A stretch of DNA of 64,000 nt from Gracilinanus agilis (Eukaryota): assembly GCF_016433145.1 (NCBI RefSeq), contig NC_058133.1, positions 190,905,882 through 190,969,881 of the forward strand, read 5' to 3'. Below are positions 54,030-64,000 of this stretch, piece by piece. Positions within the stretch are counted from its first letter, which is position 1. Each line of letters starts with the position of its first letter. A program made the position numbers and the translations under genes. The notes beneath the pieces were generated by a model that saw only the letters and a program-made list of their open reading frames with translations, was not told the origin of the DNA and did not search any database.

Positions 54030-54470
54030 GGAAGGTCACAGGGGGAACAATCCAATATTCAAACCCAGATTCTTTCCTCTGCTTCCAGACCTCATGCTTA
54101 CATCTATTACTCCAGGACAGATGCTATAGCTCTTCTCACTATGAATGCCTCTTATTAAAAAATGAAATACCGGGCAGATTAATTTTGGAAAGACCTTTGA
54201 AATTAGGAAGAACAAAACAAGCAGAACTAAGAGAACATTATACACAGGGTCAGAATTACTGTTTTAAGAATGACCTATGTATGTCCACCTCCAGAGAAAG
54301 AATTGATAAGTAGAAATAAATAAGACAATTCATACATAAAAATATTTTTGTCAAATGATGCCTTCTCTAATGGGGGGAGTGAGGGAGTTAGTTAACTAGG
54401 TATTTAAATGTAACAAATAAATATATAAATAAATTTAAAAGAAAAAACAATTTTAAGAAACATAAAAAAT
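54030..54470 (+). mobile_element. Old L1 3' UTR remnant
   Basis: tggaaagacctttgaaattagg...aaacaagcagaactaagagaacattatacaca. Confidence 0.65.
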
Positions 54471-55619
54471 GAAATATTAAATGCCAACTATGTGCCAGGT
54501 ACAGATCTAAGCACTTTACAAACTCATTTGATCCTCACCATAATCTTGGGAGGCAGGTATTATTATTATTATTATGCATTTTACAGATTGTGTAACTGAG
54601 GAAGAAAGTTAAGTGACTTGCCCAGGGTCACCCAGCTCATAAGTATTTGAGGCTGGATTTGAATTCAGATCTTCCTGACTCCAGGCCTATTGCTCTAGCC
54701 ACTGTGCTACTTGGTTGTGTCAAGGGATGAGGTCTTTTTAAACAGGGTATCCTTGAGCAGGAGAGTTAGGCTCTGGAAGGGGGAGTCAATTGGAGGAGAA
54801 TTGAACCATCACACACACACACACACACCAAAATGTTCACTCCTATTTTTCCTGATTAACTTGCTTATTTCTGTTGCCTTTGAGCATGAGTGGGCATTGG
54901 CCAGGTGATTCTAAAACTTCAAAATCCTAACTGAAAGAGTTCATCCAGGTCTAAGGAGGCAGTGGTCCCACTGTGCCCTAGTAAGACCATACCTGGAGTC
55001 CTCCACTCAGCTTTAGTTGTCACATTCTAGGAGGGGCACTGGAAAGTTTAATGGGTGCCCAGAGGAATAAGACCAGATTCATGAAAGATCCTGAGGTTAT
55101 GGCTACTAAATGTGAGTTGAAAGAACTGGGAATGGAGATCCTAAGAAAGGGAAGACTTTGGAGTATGGTAAAAGTCTCCCAAGAATTTGAGTGACCACAG
55201 CTAGATGGTGCCAGGGCTGGAGGTCAGGAAGATCTAAGTTCAAAATAGGACTCAGACATTTGTTATACGTGTGATCCTAGGCAAGTTCCTTAACCCCGTC
55301 TGCCTCAGTTTCATCTTTAAATTGAAATGGAGAAGGAAATGGCAAAGCAGTCTTAAAAATACACCAAATGAGGTCACAAAGAGTCAGGCACAACCAAATG
55401 ACTGAATAACAACTACTAATATGAAATTGAGATTAAATTTGTTCTGTTGGCCTCTAGAGAATAGAATTAGGAGTAGTGGTCAGATTGATAGTGGTATAGA
55501 GATGCAAAATTATTCTCAGGGTAAGGAGGAGTTTTCAAGTGCAGATGCTATACTTGGCAGAGTAGAAATCATATGGTGTGTTCAGGAATAGCAGCTTGTG
55601 TCTGAATTCTGCCTAAACC

Positions 55620-56640
55620 ATTTGGTTTTTTTATGGTCATGTAAAACATACTTCCATATTGTTCATTGTTGTAAAAGCAAAGTCATACAAAACCAAAATC
55701 CCAAAATAAAATCGGGGATACACTGATGTGAAAGATGACTCCAACAGTTCTTTCTGTGGAAATGGATAACATTCCCTGTCATAAGTCTTTCAGGATTGTC
55801 TCAGATCACTGCATTGCTGAGAGGAGCCAAGTTTTCACAGATAATTATTGTCTAACATTGCTATTATTGTGTACATTGTTCTCCTGGTTCTGCTTATTTC
55901 ACTCTGCATCAGTTCTTGCAGATCTTTCCAGCTTTTTCTGAAATTACGTTGCTTATCATTTCTTATAGCACAATATTATTCCATCACCAATATGTACCAT
56001 AATTTGTTCAGCCATTCCCCAATTGATGGACATCCCCTCCATTTCCAATTCTTTGCCACCACAGAAAAGAGCAGCTATAAATATTTTTGTTATTTTTTTT
56101 AACTTTCTTTGGGATACAGACCCATTAGTGTCAACCATTTGTTTGCTCCATATGCGACCCTGGACAAGTCACATAACCTCTCTGTCAGTTTCCTTATCTG
56201 TAGAATGAGGTTATCATAGTACCCATATTACAGTTCTTATGAGAATCAAATCAATGACTTATATACAGGGCTTTGTAAATTTTTTATAAAAAATTAATTT
56301 TATTCAGTCCCTCTTTTTTCTCCCCCTACTACAGAAGGCATTATCCAGCAAAATCTATGGATTATATATCTTATTCCACCTTCTCAGTTTATTCTCTGGA
56401 GGTGAACATCCATAAGTTATTCTCCAAATATGTCTGTAGCTGTATACAATGTTCTAATTCTACTTGTTTCATTCATTATTTCATGTGGTTCTTTCCAAGT
56501 ATTTTAAAAATTAATCTGCTCATCATTTCTTATGGAACAGTAGTATTCCATTTTCATTATATACCAGGTTTAGTCATTCCCCAGTTGATGGATATCCTCT
56601 CAATTTCCAGATCTTTGCCACTATAAAGAGAGCTGCTATG
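55620..56640 (-). mobile_element. Old L1 3' ends (two fragments)
   Basis: ORF 55956-56138(-) KIFIAALFCGGKELEMEGMSINWG resembles the L1 ORF2 C-terminus. Confidence 0.75.
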
Positions 56641-56924
56641 TGCTTTGTAAATCTTTAAGTACAGTGTAAATGCAAAGAGTGCAATTCTGAAGGGCTGGCC
56701 ACATAGTCCAAATGGCAAATACATATTTGCCTATAAAGGCAAACATGCAGAGATCAGAAGAAGTGATACAAGGACACTTTCAAGGTCTCTCTGAAGCATT
56801 TTTAGTATCAGCTGTGAGACATGGAAGATGCTGGCACAGGAACGCTTATGCATAACAAGGAATTTGCTATGCTCTATGAGCAAAGCAGATGCACAGAAGA
56901 AACGTGAGATTCAACAGTCTAGAG

Positions 56925-57128
56925 CAGTGATGGGCAAACTTTTTAAGGAGGGGGCCAAAGGAAAGGAAATGCACATCTGTCAGTCTGTTTCTAAGGCAAC
57001 TCTTTAGAAGTTTCATTGTATTATATCCTACTCTTTGTATTCGTCAGATTAGGAATAATGTTGCACAGCCCGATAGAACATTTCAGGGGGCCACATCTGG
57101 CCCACCAGCCATAGTTTGCCCATAACTG
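56925..57128. mobile_element. hAT MITE, 204 bp, perfect 8-bp TSD
   Basis: TIRs CAGTGATGGGCAAACT / AGTTTGCCCATAACTG; TSD GTCTAGAG on both sides (56917-56924, 57129-57136). Confidence 0.92.
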
Positions 57129-57843
57129 GTCTAGAGACATCTCTATCCCAAATGTCCAAATGTTCTAGTTGTGTCTGATATGTAATAGAGTGTTCCAAGC
57201 TCATATTGGACTGACCAGCCACAGGTGGACATGCTGTATCTTGACCCCAAAATTGGAAAGTCTTTGAAAACAAAGGATGAAAACGACAAGTAATAGCCAT
57301 TGGAGTAATCTTAGAGTGGATATGGAGAGGTGGTTTTCCATTTCACTGAAGGTCTTTGAGCAAAGGATCAATGACCCTTTTACTCTGGGTATGCCACACA
57401 AGAGATTCTCATTTAGGTATTGGTTGGGATAGATGACACCAGAGTGTCATCGAATACTGAAATACTATGACTGTGGGAACTGAAAGGGTCCTGGAAAAAG
57501 AAGAATTTTCATTTCCTTTGGGATCTCATTAGGTCTATCCTGATTTCTTCCTGACTCTGGGCATATGGGCCAGTACTTTGCTTCAACGCAGCATCAGTGG
57601 TTGATGGCAAACATTCCAAGCAGAAGAAGGGAGTGCCACATACTTAGGTATGAGTGGAGGTGCAGCCTGATGAGAGGTTAGCTCAACTTCTCTTCCTTCC
57701 AGGTGGGGCTAAGGAACTCGGCCCCAAGTGGGACAGCTGAGTTTGAGGGCTAGCGTAGTCTGATCCCAATTTAACTGAGAAGGCTCCAAACCCACCTGAC
57801 GAGTTTTAAGTGGGGCCAACACCTCTGAGGCCAATGAAGCCTA

Positions 57844-57937
57844 CTAATCAGATGTTTTTATGTACATGAAACTAAACAATAACAAGGAAAAGATGCTCAA
57901 GCTCGTGCCCATATGAAATGAGGATAAGACTATAAAA
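57844..57937 (+). promoter_or_regulatory. KRTAP29-1 proximal promoter: CTAAT (57844), 22-mer (57874-57895), TATAAAA (57931-57937)
   Basis: TATA 87 nt before ATG; shared module. Confidence 0.8.
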
Positions 57938-58017
57938 GCCACAAGATATAAAGAATTGTAGACACAGCTCAATTCACTTCTTGAATCAATTTAGCCACCA
58001 ACAAAACTCCTAACACC

Positions 58018-59076
58018 ATGCCTGATAGCTGTTGTCTCAGATCCTGCCAGGCCATTCCATCTGCACCTACCATGCCTCTCTATTCCAGTGGTGGGACCTG
58101 TGGAAATGCTATCTGTTTGCCTAGTTCCTGCCAAGGCAAAACATGGCAACTGGTCACCTGCCAAGAAAACTGCCAGTCATCTAGCTGTAATTTGACTTAT
58201 CCTGAACCTACATGTTGTGAGCCTAGTTCCTGCCAACTAACTTGCCTTCCATCAACATCTCGTGTGGGTTTTGTCTGTCGACCTATTTGCAATAGTACTA
58301 TGTGTGGCCCATCAGCTTGCATTGTCAACAGTTGTCCACCGCCTTGCTCTGAATCTCGTTCCTGCCAATCAAATTGTGATACCACTCCTTGTCAACCAGC
58401 TTCTTCTCAGGAAGCAGTGTGTGTGACTGGGTCATGCCAACCAACAGGTTGCGACTCCAATTCCTGCCAGCCAGTCTGCTCCGAATCCAGTTCTTGTCTT
58501 CGGATGTGCTGTCAGCCAACTGTCTGCATGCCCAGTTCATGCCAACCAACTTCTTGTCAGATAAGTTCATGCCCAGCAACTAGCTGTGAAGGCCAGTCCT
58601 GTGGAGCAACTTGCTATCAACCTGTCTGCTTTCTCAGCTCTTGCCAGCCCTTTCCTTGTATGCCCGTTTCCTGTCAGCCATCTTTCTGTATGCCTACTCC
58701 TTACAAACCTACTTTCTATGTACCGATGTCCTTCCAGTCCTTTTATTGCCAGCCACCTTCTTACATGTCTTATGTCTACCAACCTGCCAGCTGCCAACCC
58801 AAATGCTCTGTGCAGAATTCCTGCAAAGCAACCTGTGGAAACCCTGTCTTCTGCCAGCCAACTCGCTGTGTGCCCTCTTCCTACAAAGAGGATGGATGCA
58901 AGTCTACTTCTTTCCAGCCAGCTTGCTGTGTGACTGGTTCTGAAAAACTGTCTGGCTGTGGTACTAGTTACTATCAACCCACTTGCCCAAGTTCCTGCAA
59001 GACGAGTAGCTGCCGGCTCAGGACCTGCCAACCCAAAAGCTACATATCCAACACCCGTAAGGGGACCTATTGCTAA
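58018..59076 (+). CDS. KRTAP29-1: Keratin-associated protein 29-1, single exon, 352 aa
   Basis: CLPSSC...WQLVTCQE, GFVC.P, QE.VC..GSCQ and ACCVTG motifs as in human KRTAP29-1 (recalled); ACCATG; syntenic position after KRTAP16-1. Confidence 0.93.
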   Translation: MPDSCCLRSCQAIPSAPTMPLYSSGGTCGNAICLPSSCQGKTWQLVTCQENCQSSSCNLTYPEPTCCEPSSCQLTCLPSTSRVGFVCRPICNSTMCGPSACIVNSCPPPCSESRSCQSNCDTTPCQPASSQEAVCVTGSCQPTGCDSNSCQPVCSESSSCLRMCCQPTVCMPSSCQPTSCQISSCPATSCEGQSCGATCYQPVCFLSSCQPFPCMPVSCQPSFCMPTPYKPTFYVPMSFQSFYCQPPSYMSYVYQPASCQPKCSVQNSCKATCGNPVFCQPTRCVPSSYKEDGCKSTSFQPACCVTGSEKLSGCGTSYYQPTCPSSCKTSSCRLRTCQPKSYISNTRKGTYC

Positions 59077-59430
59077 TGGAGAAGACTGCCTCATCTGAGT
59101 AGCCAAGTCTGCCTGACAGCTTCTTCCTGCATTGCCTGTGTCCCGTTTCTTGATATATAGGAAATTCTTCCAAGTGTATATTTCTGCTGTTCACCAACTC
59201 TGCCACCTATACTCTCTTTGATTCCAATCCCAAAAGCCACTGCAGGCAGTGACTAGATAATGGAAGCAATTTCTAGGAGATGGTTTTCTTAAAACACTGG
59301 GGAGCAATGGATGAAACTATGTCTTGCATTTCTTGATGCTGTCAATCTCATTTCATTTCAGTAAGTGATCTTTCCTGGGTTCTTCCTAAACTATTCAAAA
59401 GTCAGTTTGTTGTCTTTGTTAGTAATGGCT

Positions 59431-59436
59431 AATAAA
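59431..59436 (+). terminator. Probable KRTAP29-1 polyadenylation signal
   Basis: AATAAA ~355 nt after stop. Confidence 0.6.
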
Positions 59437-60915
59437 TGTAATACATCAAACAGCAAATGTTACTCTTATGGTTCTTTATTGATTATAATATATCCTCTGG
59501 CTATATTTCTTCCATATGTAATTTCAATCTGATAACACTGTAATCATAACATTTTAATGTTAAGATAATAATTTAGCCATCTAAATTTCTCCATAGCTTT
59601 GAGGCTTATTAACCATGTGAAGTTGGAGGGCAGGCAGGTGGAGAGAATGCTGGGCATGAATCAGAAAAACTTGAGTTCAAATCTGGCCTCAGACATTTAC
59701 TGACTATGTGACCCTGGGAAAGTCACTTAACATCTCTGTCTTAATCCACTGGAGAAGGAAATGGCAAACCACTTCAGTATCCTTGCCAAGAAAACCCCAT
59801 GGACAGTATTGGTGTGCTATGGGTCCACAGGGTCATGAAAAGTTGGACATGACTGAATAATAGCCATGTGAGATTGATTGTTAAAACATTTTTATCTCAA
59901 ACTAAGAATTTAAGAAACTAAGACTCATAGAAGTTACAACTTGTCCATAGTTACTTAATAACATACCAGAGGTGAGACTTGAACTTAGATCACTAGGCTA
60001 AAGTCCAATGTTCTTTCTATTATACCATAATAACTCTCTCACCTTAGAGATGTTAAATCCATGGCCACTAAGTGCTTTGGTTGTCTATTTTCTGTCTGTT
60101 CTCCTTTATATTACTGATTTAGTAATCTTAATGATGCATGGAGAACCATGATGCTCCTCTTTTAAAAATCCATCATAGCTCCAACAAGGGCAAAATAGAT
60201 ACTTTTTATCCTGGCATTTAAAAGTCTTTACAATTTGACTTCTTCCTTCCTTTCTCACATTACTCTTTATACATATTCACAAACACTCCAAAATGTATAC
60301 TCCATAGTTTGATAGTAACTTTTCCAATATTAAAAAAAATCTCTAAGCACTTCCTGGATATCTCCATATGATGCCAATACCTCATGCTTAATATGTGAAG
60401 CTGACTTCATTGTTTTCACTGCCTTCCTACCTCCTACCTTCCCCATTTCTGTTGATGCCACCACCATCTTTCCAGGTATCACACAGGTATTAGATTAATT
60501 CCTGAAAGGAGGTTTTTATAGGGGAAAATGAGGGAAGTGTTCATGTGCTATATGCCAGAAAGTAATAACTAGTATTTATGTATTATGATTTTCAAGACAC
60601 TTTGCATATATTATCCTATCCTATCCTCATAACAATCCTGTGAGGTAGGTGCTATTATTACCCCCATTTTACAGATGAGAAACTGAGGCTGAGTGGTCAA
60701 ATGACTTGCCCAGGGTAATATATCTAGTAAATGTCTGAGGCAGGATTTAAACTCAAGAATTGCTGACTCCAAGCCTCCTAAGGTTGGGAGAGAAAGAAAG
60801 ATATGGATAATCCTCAGATAATGCCTCAAAAAGGTACAAAATATCAAAGGGGAGGAAGAAGAAACCAATTCCTGGATCCTAGCTCTACTTTGCCTATGGG
60901 TAAGGGCAAGACAAA

Positions 60916-61129
60916 NNNNNNNNNNNNNNNNNNNNNNNNNNNNNNNNNNNNNNNNNNNNNNNNNNNNNNNNNNNNNNNNNNNNNNNNNNNNNNNNNNNNN
61001 NNNNNNNNNNNNNNNNNNNNNNNNNNNNNNNNNNNNNNNNNNNNNNNNNNNNNNNNNNNNNNNNNNNNNNNNNNNNNNNNNNNNNNNNNNNNNNNNNNNN
61101 NNNNNNNNNNNNNNNNNNNNNNNNNNNNA
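60916..61129. other. Assembly gap (214 N)
   Basis: Run of N. Confidence 1.
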
Positions 61130-61993
61130 AATTCCTCAACCTAGTGGACTAATATCTAACCTGTACTTTGTACCTATATGGTATGTGTTCCTGTAATTTA
61201 TGTCCCAGGATCCCCCACTCTGCAATAAAGTTGTGCCTGGTATGCTAAATAACTGGTTGAATGCAACATAGGAACTGAGTCATTACCAAGGAATGGAATG
61301 GAGGAAAAAGAGGTCTAAAATGCTTCTGGATGCTGGAATTATAGAGCTATAGACAATATGGCATAGTATAGGGAGTAAGGTGATATGGGTTCCTGGCCCT
61401 TCTCTTGTACTTAATAGCTGTGTGATTGGGAGCCTCATTGATCTTTGGGTTCTTGGTCAGTAAAATGAAAATAAAAGGAATTACTCTTCCTATCTCCTAA
61501 GAGAGTTGTGAGGAAAAAAACTCTCTGTGAACTGTAAAATGCAATGAAATTAGAGGGGTTATTATTAGCAATAATTTATAGCTGGATGGAATCCAGTTGA
61601 GCAACCTCATTTTACAGATGAGAGAATTCAGGAAGGGCATTAGCATGAAGAGAGAATTCCCAGCCTTTTGCTTCCTTCACTCAAGTATTGCTGGCAGAAG
61701 TGACTGGTAGAGTGGAATTGCTCATTGGCTATGGGAGAGAGATGGGAGGAGGAGAGGGAAAAAACATGAATCATGTAACCATGGAAAAATATTCTAAATT
61801 AAAAATTTTCAAATAAAAAAAGTGACTGGTAGGAAAAATGGGGCCACCCATTAAGTTATTATCTCTATTGTTTCTATTAATTGTCTTCACCCCAATCAAT
61901 TTCCAAGTCTTCCTTGTCTACTTCCAAAATATCTCTTAACTCTTTTCTATTCCATTGGGCAAGTCATGCCAACATTTAAAAATGATTGACCAA

Positions 61994-62181
61994 GGGGCAG
62001 CTAGGTGGCTCTGTGGACAAAAGAGCCAAACCTGGACATGAAAGGTCCTGTTTTCAAATGTGGCCTCACACTTCCTAGATGTTGACCCTGGGCATGTTAC
62101 TTAACCACTATTGCCTCACCCTTATTGCTCTTCTGTCTTAGAATCAAGAATATTGATTCTAGGATGGAAGATAAGGGTTTG
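61994..62181 (+). mobile_element. Marsupial tRNA SINE with TSD
   Basis: Flanking aaaaatgattga(c/t)caa direct repeat. Confidence 0.8.
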
Positions 62182-63069
62182 AAAAATGATTGATCAACCA
62201 AATGTTTGGCTGATTTAACCCCTTTGAAGTCAGGCTTCTCATCTGTTAACATGGTAAATAGTTTACTATAAAGAGGGAAAAGAAACAGTGTGATACAGAA
62301 AGACTTCTGGACTGATAAACAGGAGAGACCTCAGATCAAGCTATATGACCTTATTATGAGGTATATGACTTTAGGTAGGTCACTTTGTGTATGGAAGCCT
62401 ATGTTTCCTCATCTATGAAATGAGACCATTGGATTAGATGTTCCACAAGTTTATATACGATCCTCTGCGGTACAGAAGGAAGAGCACAGGTTCAGGAGTT
62501 AGAAGGTCTGGGTTCAAATTCTACCTCTGGTGATTACTACCTATATGACCTCAGATAAAGCATAAAATCTACCCAAACCTCAATTTTCTCAGCTGTAAAG
62601 TGAGGGAGCCTCTGGGTTCCATTCCAGATTTATTTTCTATAATCTTATGCCTCTAAATTACTATAATTGACTGTATGGTATCATTGTTGAGAAAAACTAA
62701 TAACCAAGATTTGAAGAGCTTTCTCAAGCTAGGTATTAATTGTATCCTTTTCCAATTTCCTATGTGATTATGTCTGCCTGAAGAATACATTAGGAAGCTA
62801 TGACAATTCAATTAAATAAGCATTTATTAAGTGACAATTATGTGTACTGTGGTAGGTGCTGGGTATAGAGATTAAATAATGCAGAATTTCTGCCTCTAAG
62901 GAATTTACAGTATAATAGGTGGAAATATGACATGCACATCAATGACATAAAAAAGATGAATGTGAAGTACAAGGAGAGGTCAAAAACAAGAGAAAAGATG
63001 TTATCAGAAAATGTGAGGAGAGATCACTTTGCAGGAAATTGGGGATCAGGCAAGACATCCCAGAGGAGA

Positions 63070-63273
63070 GAGAGCTATGTGGCTCAGTGGAGAGAAAGCC
63101 AGACCTAGAGAGGGGAGAACCTAGGCTCAAATCTGATCTCATATACTCCCTAGCCATGTGACCCTGGGCAAGTCATTTAACTCCCATTGCCTAGCCCTTA
63201 ATGTTCTTCTGCTTTGGAAACAATACTTAATATTAGTTCTAAGACAGAAGGTAAGGGTTTCATTTTAAAAAAA
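63070..63273 (+). mobile_element. Marsupial tRNA SINE
   Basis: agctatgtggctcagtgg...ctaggctcaaatctg...gggcaagtcatttaac...aagggttt. Confidence 0.8.
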
Positions 63274-64000
63274 GACTTCATAGGTGAGACACAACCAGAC
63301 TTTCATCATGAAGGAAGAGAGTTTTTTTAATAGGTGGAAATGGAGGGGATAATAGGGAGTTCATGGCAAGTACAGGACCTAAAAGTGAGCCAAAAAACCA
63401 GAGGGGACAGGAAAACAAAGATGTCCTGGGAAATGCAAAACAGTCTAGTTAAGTTAGAATACAAACTGAAAAAAAAATGGGATAGATAATATTAGGTAGG
63501 TAAATAGGGCCAGAAGTGGGGAAAGACCTTGAATAAGGCTAAAACATTTGTTTGGTAGGAAATGGGGAGCCACTGAGAGTATATCTAGGGATGATGTGAT
63601 CTGAGGGTTGCTTTTTGAAGTTTTCTTGGCCAGGTATATGAGATAACAGGCTGAAAAGGAAAGAACTTGATAGTTGGAAAACCTAAATGGAAGTTATTTC
63701 AATTGTCCAGGTAAGTGATTCTGAAGGACTGGACTGAGATGATAGCTACCAATGGGAGTAGGATTTAGAAATAGGTTTAGAAATTGATTAGATGAAGGAG
63801 GGAAAAGGAAAAGAAAGATACAGAGATAATTGTGTTTTCTGTGTAACTGGGAATATGTTAGTGACATGAAAAGAAATAAAGAAGTTAAGGGAAAGACAAG
63901 GTCCTCAGTGGAAGACATGAATTCTTTGACATGCTGAACATGAGTACTCAATGAAGCACTAAGGTGGAGTTTTATCTTGGGAAGCTGGGTAAAAGTCAGA

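Noticed and set aside
58197-59206. Antisense and alternative-frame ORFs over KRTAP29-1
   Set aside because: Shadow ORFs of the KAP coding sequence.
59500-64000. Possible further KRTAP (KRTAP9/4-type) gene or pseudogene after KRTAP29-1
   Set aside because: No Cys-rich ORF or degenerate CCxP repeats seen; only SINE/L2/MIR sequence. The 214-N gap cannot be assessed.

Overview
Marsupial genomic DNA, most likely the opossum Monodelphis domestica (inferred from SINE-1/MAR1-type tRNA SINEs, marsupial L1, RTE-type, CR1/L3 and hAT repeats, and two N-gaps). The window spans the junction of the type I hair-keratin cluster and the keratin-associated-protein (KRTAP) cluster. Four intact + strand genes are present: (1) a 7-exon type I hair keratin of the KRT31/33/34 group (CDS 9007-15194, 414 aa, exon lengths 348/83/157/162/126/221/148, all GT-AG introns); (2) KRTAP17-1 (41406-41738); (3) KRTAP16-1 (47974-49236); (4) KRTAP29-1 (58018-59076). 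The order and orientation match my recollection of human KRT33A-KRTAP17-1-KRTAP16-1-KRTAP29-1. The rest is repeat-rich intergenic DNA. The best find is a rigidly spaced promoter module shared by all three KRTAP genes and absent from the keratin promoter: CTAAT, 25 nt, AAAYAAYAACAARGAAAASATS, 34-35 nt, TATAAAA. Other notable items are a ~1.27 kb quasi-palindrome of two LTR-like arms (33.0-34.3 kb), a hairpin built of two hairpin hAT mini-elements (27.6-27.8 kb), a 67-bp locally templated insertion, and a keratin with a KRT31-type head/tail, KRT35-like rod residues and an Arg>Gln change in the helix termination motif. No database searches were run. Family names and human comparisons come from memory, and repeat boundaries are approximate unless a TSD or TIR is quoted.
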